49,123 bases of DNA from an uncultured Acholeplasmataceae bacterium (GCA_963539535.1 CAUTMU010000001.1:1-49123), one strand, 5' to 3'; positions 1-8,202 are shown, counted from the first letter of the stretch. The notes: generated by a model from the sequence alone, not told the origin. Translations and numbers: made by a program.

Positions 1-2
1 AA

Positions 3-117
3 GAAATCTGGTGGTGATGGCAAAGTGGAAACACCTGTTTACATCCCGAACACAGCAGTTAAGCACTTTTACGCCGACGATAGCACAACAGTGTGAAAAT
101 AGGGAGCTGCCAGTTTC
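3..117 (+). rRNA. rrf: 5S ribosomal RNA (end of an rRNA operon lying upstream of the window)
   Basis: Bacterial 5S consensus stretch CCCGAACACAGCAGTTAAGC. Terminal helix pairs 5' GAAATCTGGTGG with 3' CTGCCAGTTTC. Followed directly by a tRNA cluster, as in Firmicutes rrn operons. Confidence 0.85.
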
Positions 118-125
118 TTTTACGC

Positions 126-201
126 GGAGGTTTAGCTCAGCTGGGAGAGCATCTGCCTTACAAGCAGAGGGTCGGGGGTTCGAGCCCCTCAACCTCCACC
201 A
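126..201 (+). tRNA. tRNA-Val (anticodon UAC)
   Basis: Cloverleaf folds by hand: acceptor GGAGGTT/AACCTCC, anticodon loop CTTACAA, T-loop TTCGAGC, encoded CCA. Confidence 0.9.
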
Positions 202-203
202 GA

Positions 204-279
<76 letters not shown>

Positions 280-285
280 CTATCT

Positions 286-361
286 GTCCCGTTAGCTCAG
301 TCGGTAGAGCACCTGGCTTTTAACCAGGGTGTCAGAAGTTCGAGTCTTCTACGGGATACCA
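286..361 (+). tRNA. tRNA-Lys (anticodon UUU)
   Basis: Anticodon stem CCTGG/CCAGG with loop CTTTTAA, T-loop TTCGAGT, encoded CCA. Confidence 0.9.
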
Positions 362-363
362 TT

Positions 364-450
364 GCCCGGGTGGCGGAATAGGTAGACGCGTGGGACTTAA
401 AATCCCATGGAGGAAACTCTGTACCGGTTCAAGTCCGGTTCCGGGTACCA
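364..450 (+). tRNA. tRNA-Leu (anticodon UAA), class II with long variable arm
   Basis: Acceptor GCCCGGG/CCCGGGT, anticodon stem TGGGA/TCCCA with loop CTTAAAA, long variable arm, encoded CCA. Confidence 0.9.
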
Positions 451-532
451 TCCTTTTTTTAAACCTTAGTTTTAAAAAAAGCGAGTGTTTACCCTTTTTT
501 TATTTCAAATCAACTAAACAAATTTTGTATAC

Positions 533-609
533 GGCGGTGTAGCTCAGCTGGCTAGAGCGTACGGTTCATACCCGTGAGGTCGAGGGTTCGATCCCCCCCG
601 CCGCTACCA
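533..609 (+). tRNA. tRNA-Met elongator (anticodon CAU)
   Basis: Near-identical, from memory, to the Bacillus elongator tRNA-Met (GGCGGTGTAGCTCAGCTGGCTAGAGCGTACGGTTCATACCCGT...). Anticodon loop TTCATAC, encoded CCA. Confidence 0.85.
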
Positions 610-611
610 AA

Positions 612-688
612 GGACCCATAGTTCAGTTGGTTAGAGCAACCGGCTCATAACCGGTTAGTCGTAGGTTCGAGTCCTACTGGGTCCACCA
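612..688 (+). tRNA. tRNA-Ile2 (CAU anticodon, presumably lysidine-modified)
   Basis: GGACCC...GGTTAGAGCA...GGCTCATAACC... resembles the Bacillus tRNA-Ile(CAU). Its position after tRNA-Met matches the conserved Met-Ile-Ser-fMet-Asp-Phe order. Identity versus Met cannot be proven from sequence alone. Confidence 0.7.
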
Positions 689-695
689 ATCACAC

Positions 696-786
696 GGAGG
701 AATACCCAAGCCTGGTTGAAGGGATCGGTCTTGAAAACCGACAGGGTGTAAAAGCCGCGGGGGTTCGAATCCCTCTTCCTCCGCCA
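696..786 (+). tRNA. tRNA-Ser (anticodon UGA), class II
   Basis: Acceptor GGAGGAA/TTCCTCC, anticodon loop CTTGAAA, long variable arm, encoded CCA. Confidence 0.9.
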
Positions 787-803
787 TTTTATTTTTTTCA
801 TAT

Positions 804-881
<78 letters not shown>

Positions 882-885
882 AAAA

Positions 886-962
886 GGTCTCGTGGTGTAG
901 TTGGTTAACATAAATGCCTGTCACGCATTAGATCGCGGGTTCAAGTCCCGTCGAGACCGCCA
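886..962 (+). tRNA. tRNA-Asp (anticodon GUC)
   Basis: Acceptor GGTCTCG/CGAGACC, anticodon loop CTGTCAC, encoded CCA. Confidence 0.9.
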
Positions 963-964
963 CT

Positions 965-1040
965 GGTCCGGTAGCTCAGTCGGTAGAGCAAGGGACTGAA
1001 AATCCCTGTGTCGGCAGTTCGATTCTGCCCTGGACCACCA
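965..1040 (+). tRNA. tRNA-Phe (anticodon GAA)
   Basis: Acceptor GGTCCGG/CTGGACC, anticodon loop CTGAAAA, T-loop TTCGATT, encoded CCA. Confidence 0.9.
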
Positions 1041-1124
1041 TTTCATTTTTTTATCTCCTTTCTAACCTCCTTTCATTCGGAAAAATTTTTAAACCCCTAA
1101 AATATTTCCGAAAATCTAAAAAAA

Positions 1125-1154
1125 AGTCGCTTTACGCACAAAGCGGCTTTTTTA
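1125..1154 (+). terminator. Rho-independent terminator ending the rRNA/tRNA transcription unit
   Basis: Stem AGTCGCTTT/AAAGCGGCT (one G-U pair), 6-nt loop, followed by a T run. Confidence 0.7.
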
Positions 1155-1200
1155 TTTTCTTTAAAACTCTTTAAAAACATTTGAAAAAAGTAACTTTAGC

Positions 1201-1319
1201 ATTTTTTATTGGAAAACACACTATTTTAAGGTAATTTTTTATTAGAAAACAAACAATTTTCACCTATATTTTTATTGGAAAACACACTATTTTAAGGTAA
1301 TTTTTTATTAGAAAACAAA
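1201..1319. repeat. Tandem direct repeat, two copies with a 66-bp period; each copy contains two TTTTATT(G/A)GAAAACA sub-motifs
   Basis: TTTTATTGGAAAACACACTATTTTAAGGTAATTTTTTATTAGAAAACAAA occurs at about 1203-1253 and again at about 1269-1319. ATTGG is at 1208 and 1274. Confidence 0.9.
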
Positions 1320-1336
1320 TAAATATGTTAAAATAA

Positions 1337-2673
1337 ATGCGTAGTAAGGAGATTTTAAATATTTAGCCGAAAAATAGAAAAAATCTTGACAAAAACTCCC
1401 AAGACAAAACCGCTAAAATCTTAATTGTAGAAGGTGCGAGACAAATTGGTAAAAGTTTTATTATAAGAGAAACTGCCCCAAAATACTTTAAAAATTATAT
1501 AGAAATTGACCTAAAGTCAGACTACGAAAACAAACAACGCTTTGTTAACATTAGAGATACTGCATCATTTTATATATACATTAGTAGTATTTTTAATTTA
1601 AAAAAAGCAGACCTTTCAAACACAATCATTTTTCTTGATGAAATTCAATATTACCCGCATTTAATCACTCTCTTAAAAGATTTATATAAAGAACGCAGAT
1701 ATAGATACATAGTTTCTGATTCTCTACTTGGAATTACTTTAAAACACATTTTTATTCCGATGGGCGCAATTGAAGAAGTTGAAATGTTTCCACTAGACTT
1801 TGAAGAATTTCTGTGGGCAAACGGAGTAGGGACTGATGTAATTGACTATCTAAGGTCTGCATTTCTAAATTTAACTCCAATTAACGAGGCCATTCACAAA
1901 CGCATTCTAGGTTTATTTAAAGATTATTTGATTGCAGGCGGCTTTCCAGATGCAGTTATAGAATACGTGTTAAACAAAGATGTTATAGCAACTCGCAGAG
2001 TTCAAAGTTATATTTACGCATATTATCAAGATGATGCTGCCAGATATCAAGAAAATACTAAATTAAGGATCTCAAAAATTTATAAAGATATGGTTTCTAA
2101 TATGACAAACAAGGTAAAAAGAGTTAACTTCAAAGCTATTGAAAATAAAGTTAACTCATCTTTCGAAAAATATCAAGATGAGTTTGAGTATTTAGTTTCT
2201 GCTGGCGTTGCAAGGAAGTAAAAGCAGTTTCTAATCCTAAGTTTCCGCTTTTTGTCGTAACTGCTAAAAACTTAATTAAACTTTACTACAACGATGTTGG
2301 ATTATTAACTAACATACTATTTAAAACTAATATACAGCCAATTTTAAATACCGATAAAAACATCAACTTGGGTTCTGTCTACGAACACGCTTGTGCAACT
2401 GAACTTAAAGCGCACGAACACGATTTATTTTATTTTGATTCAAGAAAAGTTGGTGAAGTTGATTTTTTAATCAATGACTACGACCTGCTTTCCGCTGTTG
2501 CTATTGAAATTAAGTCAGGAAACGACCAAAATAATTTCCGGGCTCTGCCTAAACTAATTGATAAAAACGGGCAATATAAACTAGCCAAAGGCTATGTTTT
2601 TTGCAATAAAAACATAGTTAAACAAGAAGACAATTTAATAACTTTACCGATTTACTTAATTATGTTTGTCTAA
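1337..2673 (+). pseudogene. Disrupted AAA+ ATPase with C-terminal PD-(D/E)xK-like domain (COG1373/DUF4143-type); paralogue of 47581..48939
   Basis: The frame from ATG 1337 reads MRSKEILNI, then an in-frame TAG (1364-1366), then ...ILIVEGARQIGKS (Walker A). The reading frame shifts between 2188 and 2219 (stop at 2219-2221; continuation KAVSNPKFPL... in another frame). The C-terminal part carries VDFLI...AIEIKSG. Colinear with the intact paralogue. Confidence 0.8.
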
Positions 2674-2692
2674 AAAAATTTAGGAGACCAAT

Positions 2693-3316
2693 ATGAAAGA
2701 TGAAGAAATTATTTTGGAACAAATACCATCTGTTCCATATGACCCATCAATTACTTATCAAGATCAGTTAAAAATGTCATATATAGACTTAGTCGCACAC
2801 TTAATTGCTAAGTACGGACAAGCTAACGGAAATTACTTTTTAACCGAAACCTGTAAATCTAAAAACATTAAAATTACTAGAGGAAACGAAGGATTGTTTT
2901 GCCACCACATTGATGAAAATAAAGCAATTAAACTTTCTAAGCCTGAATTTGCTATTAAAAACCCATTTGCTTATCAGAAAGCAGAGAGACTGGTATATTG
3001 TGATATTTTGGAACACTTGATTTTGCACATTAAAATTATTGAGGAACTAAAAGGAAAAATGGTTGGAATTGGCGGCGCTGCTCTTATTTGCACCCAAATT
3101 AATGATTGTTTTAACGGAATGACTTTTACCAAACCTTTTATGATTAAAGTCAGTGAAAAAATACAAGATAAATTCAGCGATTACCTTAAGATTCTTCAAA
3201 GGTTTTTTGATTTAATTAAAAAAGATCCACTTTATCCTATGTTGATTTCTAAAGAGAGTATTTGTAAAACTTACGACGGTAAAATTATTAAAAAAATATA
3301 CGACGCCTTAAAGTAA
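2693..3316 (+). CDS. Hypothetical protein, 207 aa, with a weak HNH-like His/Asn/His pattern
   Basis: SD TAGGAG 8 nt upstream of the ATG. Intact ORF 19 nt after the ATPase pseudogene. Motif GLFCHHIDEN...KNP...CDILEHLILH. No family recognised with confidence. Confidence 0.6.
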   Translation: MKDEEIILEQIPSVPYDPSITYQDQLKMSYIDLVAHLIAKYGQANGNYFLTETCKSKNIKITRGNEGLFCHHIDENKAIKLSKPEFAIKNPFAYQKAERLVYCDILEHLILHIKIIEELKGKMVGIGGAALICTQINDCFNGMTFTKPFMIKVSEKIQDKFSDYLKILQRFFDLIKKDPLYPMLISKESICKTYDGKIIKKIYDALK

Positions 3317-3443
3317 ACAAGAACAAGATTTCTAAACTAAGTCGTAAAGAAACACAATTTTTTTAAAAATTTATTAAACTTACATCAAAAAACAACATTA
3401 TTTTAAGACATTTTTTAAAATGTAAGCGTATACATTTAATATT

Positions 3444-3472
3444 TTGACTTTATTTTTTTCATTCTATATAAT
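3444..3472 (+). promoter_or_regulatory. Sigma-70/SigA-type promoter of the ABC transporter operon
   Basis: TTGACT (3444-3449), exact 17-nt spacer, TATAAT (3467-3472), about 60 nt upstream of the start codon at 3533. Confidence 0.7.
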
Positions 3473-3532
3473 ATAAATATCTCTATATACACACGCCATA
3501 AAATGAAGAAAATGGCACAATAAAGGAGCGGT

Positions 3533-5758
3533 ATGGAAGTTAAATTACAAGGTCTTACAAAAATTTTCGTCGACAAACAAAAACGTGAAACAACAGCAGT
3601 TGATAAATTATCTATCACAGTTGGCGATGGTAAGCTAATTGGTCTACTTGGACCTTCTGGTTGTGGAAAATCAACCACCCTATACATGATTGCTGGACTA
3701 CATGAACCGTCTGGCGGAAAAATTATTTTTGGCGATGAGGATGTTACTCCGCTTTCTGCCGACAAAAGAGGAATTGGTTTAGTTTTCCAAAACTACGCCC
3801 TGTATCCTCACTTAACAATCCGTGAAAACATTATGTTTCCACTACAAAACATGCACGTGCCTGCCAACGAAATTGACGATATGGTAGAAGAAGTTGCACG
3901 TCTTGTTGGTATTGCTAACTTACTTGAACGCAAACCTTCTCAACTTTCTGGTGGTCAACAACAACGCGTGGCCATCGCTCGTGCGTTGGTTAAAAAACCA
4001 AAAGTATTGCTACTTGATGAACCGCTTTCTAACTTAGATGCTCGTCTGCGTCTACAAATGCGTGAAGAGATTAAACGTATTCAAAAAGAGACCGGAATTA
4101 CTGCAGTTTTCGTTACACACGACCAAGAAGAAGCGATGTCAATATGCGACGAAATCGTGTTAATGGAAGCCGGAGTTGAACAACAACGCGGTGTTCCACA
4201 ACAAATTTATGACAACCCTGCTAACTTGTTTGTTGCGAAGTTCTTAGGTACTCCACCAATTAACTTATTTAAAGCACATATTAAAAAAGACCGTGTGTTT
4301 ATTGGAGATGAAGACATTCTTTCTGCCAAAGGCGCAAAGGCTGTAGTTAAATCTTGGGCTGAACTAAAACAAAATCACCCAGTAGTAGACCGAGACAACT
4401 CAGATGTAACTTTGCATATCGCGGGTTGTGGTCAACTCAAAGCAGAAATTGAACCGCTACTTTCTGAGTTTTCTAAAATTGCAGGTGGCTTCCTTTATGA
4501 CTTTACTTTAAACGGTGCAACTGAAGGTTTCACTTTAGTTCAAGGTAACCGTCGTAAGGCTCCGAAAAAAACTAAAGATTTAGCTGTGGCTAAATTAAAT
4601 CAAAAGATAGAATACAAAAATTATCAAATTGACTACTACCAAGCAAAAATCGCCAGAACTGAAACGCAAATCGTGGAAGTTAAAGCAAACAAAGATTTTA
4701 TTGACGAAGTTAAAATCACTAAACTTGAACAAAGAATTCAAAAATTAGAACAAGCAATTGGAACCGCGAAGGGTAAAATCAAACTACTTCAAGAACAAAT
4801 TCAAACTATTGAAGCAGACCGCTCTCCATACATTGACCCTCGTTTCCACCTTGGTTTGGTAAACCGTGAACTTAACCCTAACTTTGAACGCGCAACTAAA
4901 CGCTTTACTCGCCGTTTCACTGCTAAAGCCGTAGTTCCGGTAGTTGCTCCAAACTCACCACTTTCTGAGCTTTCTTCTGCAACCCTTAAAGCAATTTTCC
5001 AAAAGAAATTAACTAAATGGGACAAACTAATTGACACAACCCTTCCTGAAAACATTGATTTCATGAAGAAATCAATCCACACAGTCCTACACCACAAACG
5101 CAGTGGTGTTAGAACTCTTGCTTTCCAAAAACTAGACATTATTCGTCTACCTAAAAAAATCTTTGGAGTAACTTTGCCAACTCTACACGAAACTACTGTT
5201 CAAAACAACGATGAGTTAATTAAAGCAATTTCTGAAAACCCATTGGCAATTGGTTTCATTCAATATGACTTACTTAAAGAATCTGGACTTAAAGAACTTA
5301 AAGTCAACGGCCAAAGCGCAACTGATGAAGGTGTGCGCACAGGCTCTTACTTCTTTGCGTCAGTTTCAACAATCTTGGCATGTCAATATCCAATTGTAAT
5401 TCCTGACAAAATTGCGGCTGCTTTTCTTGACTTTATTAAAACTAAAGAAGGCGAAGCAATTACTGCTAAACACTCAAAAATGTATCCAGACAGAAACTAC
5501 TTAGTTGGTATTCGACCAGAAGCCTACACAGTAGACAAAGAAAATGGTTGTTTGACTTTAAATTATCAATATTTTGAGTCAATTGGCCGAGACCTTACTT
5601 TAATCGCTGCCCATCCTCAAGCTACTAACCGTACATTTAGAGTAATTCTTTCTGATGTTAACGACTCTAAGAAACTAAAAGACGGCAAAGTTAAGATGTC
5701 TTTGGATTACTCAAAAGTATTCGTCTTTGACGAAGAAACTGGCGAAAGGATTATCTAA
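3533..5758 (+). CDS. ABC transporter ATP-binding protein, MalK/UgpC/MsmK type, 741 aa with a roughly 390-aa insertion in the C-terminal regulatory domain
   Basis: Walker A GPSGCGKST, signature LSGGQQQR, Walker B LLLDEPLS, H-loop THDQ. The MalK-type C-terminal end reads GIRPE...VFVFDEETGERI. The insertion is described under findings. Confidence 0.9.
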   Translation: MEVKLQGLTKIFVDKQKRETTAVDKLSITVGDGKLIGLLGPSGCGKSTTLYMIAGLHEPSGGKIIFGDEDVTPLSADKRGIGLVFQNYALYPHLTIRENIMFPLQNMHVPANEIDDMVEEVARLVGIANLLERKPSQLSGGQQQRVAIARALVKKPKVLLLDEPLSNLDARLRLQMREEIKRIQKETGITAVFVTHDQEEAMSICDEIVLMEAGVEQQRGVPQQIYDNPANLFVAKFLGTPPINLFKAHIKKDRVFIGDEDILSAKGAKAVVKSWAELKQNHPVVDRDNSDVTLHIAGCGQLKAEIEPLLSEFSKIAGGFLYDFTLNGATEGFTLVQGNRRKAPKKTKDLAVAKLNQKIEYKNYQIDYYQAKIARTETQIVEVKANKDFIDEVKITKLEQRIQKLEQAIGTAKGKIKLLQEQIQTIEADRSPYIDPRFHLGLVNRELNPNFERATKRFTRRFTAKAVVPVVAPNSPLSELSSATLKAIFQKKLTKWDKLIDTTLPENIDFMKKSIHTVLHHKRSGVRTLAFQKLDIIRLPKKIFGVTLPTLHETTVQNNDELIKAISENPLAIGFIQYDLLKESGLKELKVNGQSATDEGVRTGSYFFASVSTILACQYPIVIPDKIAAAFLDFIKTKEGEAITAKHSKMYPDRNYLVGIRPEAYTVDKENGCLTLNYQYFESIGRDLTLIAAHPQATNRTFRVILSDVNDSKKLKDGKVKMSLDYSKVFVFDEETGERII

Positions 5759-6714
5759 TGCAACTGCGTGTTGATGCACGAAGAAAACTAAAAATCTGGT
5801 TTCAAAACAACAAGGGTTGGGTGTATCTACTTCCAATCTTGACCTTAATGGTAATTTTTACCTTCTACCCCTTAATTAAAACCATTTTGATTTCTTTTGA
5901 CCCAACTTTCCGCCGAGATATCCAAACGCTTAGCCCTGGTTCTTTTAGTTTTGACAACTACCGTGCGCTTTTTGCTGAACACTCAGATTTTGGCCTGGCT
6001 TTAAAAAACACAGCGCTTATAGTGTTCGTAACAGTTCCACTTTCTACAATGATAGCGCTTGGTATTTGCGTGTCTTTAATGTCGGTTAAACGCATTCGTT
6101 CGTTTTTTCAAACTATTTTCTTCTTGCCATATATTACCAACACTATCGCGATTGGTTTAGTGTTTGCTGTACTTTTTGACTATCAATCTGGTCTTGTCAA
6201 CTCATTTTTAGGCCTATTTGGTATTGGTAAAACTAACTGGCTAAATCCAGCTGCGGTTGGACAACACGGCTATCCAGCGGCTACAGATGGTGCAATGCGT
6301 GCAGTTACCTTGTTTTACATCACCTGGTCAGGACTTCCTTTTAAAATCTTGATTTTTATGGGAGCACTTCAAGGAATTAACAAGCAATACTACGATGCTG
6401 CTAAAATCGACGGAACTTCTTCTTGGCGAACTTTTTATAAAATTACAGTTCCACTAATTTCTCCAATGATTCTGTATGTTGTAATTACTTCACTAATCGG
6501 AGCCTTCAAAACATACGCAGCGGTTATCGGTCTATTTAACGACCCCACTCTTCGTGCCCGCATGAACACTGTAGTTGGTTATGTTTACGACAAACTTGCC
6601 GATAGTGGCTCTGGCTACGCCCAAGGTGCGGCCGGCGCTGTGGTGCTTTTCTTAATTATCCTGGCGCTTACTTTCGTAAGTACTTGGGCATCTAAGAAAA
6701 AGGTACACTACTAA
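5758..6714 (+). CDS. ABC transporter permease (MalF/UgpA-like, CUT1 family)
   Basis: Multi-TM protein with EAA loop YYDAAKIDGTSSWRTFYKITVPL. The start overlaps the preceding stop (TAATG). Confidence 0.85.
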   Translation: MQLRVDARRKLKIWFQNNKGWVYLLPILTLMVIFTFYPLIKTILISFDPTFRRDIQTLSPGSFSFDNYRALFAEHSDFGLALKNTALIVFVTVPLSTMIALGICVSLMSVKRIRSFFQTIFFLPYITNTIAIGLVFAVLFDYQSGLVNSFLGLFGIGKTNWLNPAAVGQHGYPAATDGAMRAVTLFYITWSGLPFKILIFMGALQGINKQYYDAAKIDGTSSWRTFYKITVPLISPMILYVVITSLIGAFKTYAAVIGLFNDPTLRARMNTVVGYVYDKLADSGSGYAQGAAGAVVLFLIILALTFVSTWASKKKVHY

Positions 6715-6731
6715 AAAGAGGTTAACTTAAA

Positions 6732-8174
6732 ATGAATGAAAGAATTGATGTTAAGAAAAAACTAGTCTATCAAAAAATTAAGTCAACCTCGCAAAAAACT
6801 GTCGCCATAATCTTTTTGACTATTATGGCTTTAATGATTATCGTACCTTTTTACTGGATGTTAAATACTTCTTTTAAAAACGAATCTGAAGTCCTTGAAG
6901 AACCGCCAACTCTCTATCCTCACGCCTGGACTTGGAAAAACTACTCATACGCTTTTAACGGAACAAGACTGACCAACATTCGTTTACTTCAACAAAAACT
7001 TAAAGAATACGAAGGTCCAAATGGAGTTGTGGCTGTTGCTAAAAAAGAACGCGACAAAATTGCTTTAACTGACTTAGAGAAAACCAAGTTAGCAGCGCTT
7101 TTAAAAGGCGATCCTAAAAACCTATATACAAACGTCTACTACACACAAGCACTTGAACCCTATATTCTTGATAACTCTAAATATGCATATCAGGCATATA
7201 AAGACAAATTAGTTGAAAAAGAAAAATTAAATGCTGAATTTAAAGAGGCTAAAACTAAAGTTCAAAAGGCTAAAATTCAGGTTCAATTAAACAAAATTAG
7301 TAAGTATCTTGATGAGTTTTCTCAAAAATACAACGCTGATTTAGTTAAATTTGCAAGTTGGAAAGATGAACAAATTTTTGCGCCAGACTACTTGAAACTA
7401 AGAAACAAAGACTTAGCCTACCAAGTTGCTGACCGTAAATACCAAAATCTAGCGAGTGAATTAAAGGGTTTACCTGGCAAAATTGAAGGTGAAGAAAACG
7501 CGCCTTCTGACCGTTTCACTAGATACCTGTTAAACACCTTAATTGTAGGTATTTCTTCAACTATTGTTGGTACCTTTATGTCAATCATCGGTGCCTTTGC
7601 GCTATCTCGTTTGGAATTCAAAGGTCGCGACACTATCTTTAAAGTGATGCTGTCTACCATGATGATTCCAGGTGAAATGATGGTAATCACAAACTATGGA
7701 ACAGTTTCTCGCCTTGGCTGGACTGACCAAGCACCTGCTTTCTCAGGGGCTCCATTCCTCGCAATGACGGTGCCGTTCTTAGTCACAGTCTTTCACATTT
7801 ACTTAATTCGCCAAAACTTCCGACAAATTCCAAATGAACTTTATTATGCTGCCAAAGTTGACGGAACTTCTGACTTTAAGTATCTATGGAAAGTCATGGT
7901 CCCACTTGCCAACTCATCAATTATCACCATTACAATTTTGAAACTAATGGGTTCTTGGAACGCCTATATCTGGCCAAACTTAGTAGCCGGACAAAACTTT
8001 AAGCTAATTACTGTATGGTTGCGTTCTGCGTTTGTAGACCAAGAGTCTAACCGAATCGCTGTTGAGCGCCAAATGGCGGCAACTGTTATAGTCTTAATCC
8101 CTCTACTGCTTGTCTTTATCTTCCTTCGTAAATATATCATGCGCGGTGTTGCCCGCGGTGGAACTAAGGGTTAG
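6732..8174 (+). CDS. ABC transporter permease (MalG/UgpE-like) with a roughly 185-aa Lys/Glu-rich insertion after TM1
   Basis: EAA loop YYAAKVDGTSDFKYLWKVMVPL. N-terminal TM, then WTWKNYSYAF, then an insertion before DRFTRYLLNTLIVG. SD AAGAGG upstream. Confidence 0.85.
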   Translation: MNERIDVKKKLVYQKIKSTSQKTVAIIFLTIMALMIIVPFYWMLNTSFKNESEVLEEPPTLYPHAWTWKNYSYAFNGTRLTNIRLLQQKLKEYEGPNGVVAVAKKERDKIALTDLEKTKLAALLKGDPKNLYTNVYYTQALEPYILDNSKYAYQAYKDKLVEKEKLNAEFKEAKTKVQKAKIQVQLNKISKYLDEFSQKYNADLVKFASWKDEQIFAPDYLKLRNKDLAYQVADRKYQNLASELKGLPGKIEGEENAPSDRFTRYLLNTLIVGISSTIVGTFMSIIGAFALSRLEFKGRDTIFKVMLSTMMIPGEMMVITNYGTVSRLGWTDQAPAFSGAPFLAMTVPFLVTVFHIYLIRQNFRQIPNELYYAAKVDGTSDFKYLWKVMVPLANSSIITITILKLMGSWNAYIWPNLVAGQNFKLITVWLRSAFVDQESNRIAVERQMAATVIVLIPLLLVFIFLRKYIMRGVARGGTKG

Positions 8175-8202
8175 AATTTAAATAACTCTGCAAGGAAAAA
8201 TT

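Noticed and set aside
451-532. Internal promoter in the spacer between tRNA-Leu and tRNA-Met.
   Set aside because: Only weak hexamers are present (TTTCAA ... GTATAC), with no convincing -10/-35 pair.
1076-1112. Imperfect inverted repeat TTCGGAAAAAT-N15-ATATTTCCGAA after tRNA-Phe.
   Set aside because: It has one mismatch and a large loop, lies in AT-rich DNA and sits just before the real terminator. There is no evidence that it is an operator or an att site.
1041-3440. Genomic island integrated at tRNA-Phe (accessory genes directly after a tRNA cluster).
   Set aside because: I found no integrase or recombinase and no duplication of the tRNA-Phe 3' end downstream. It is treated simply as a small accessory patch.
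3503-3523. Six-codon mini-ORF (MKKMAQ) in the leader of the ABC operon, as a possible regulatory leader peptide.
   Set aside because: It has no Shine-Dalgarno sequence and no associated alternative hairpins. It is probably fortuitous in AT-rich DNA.
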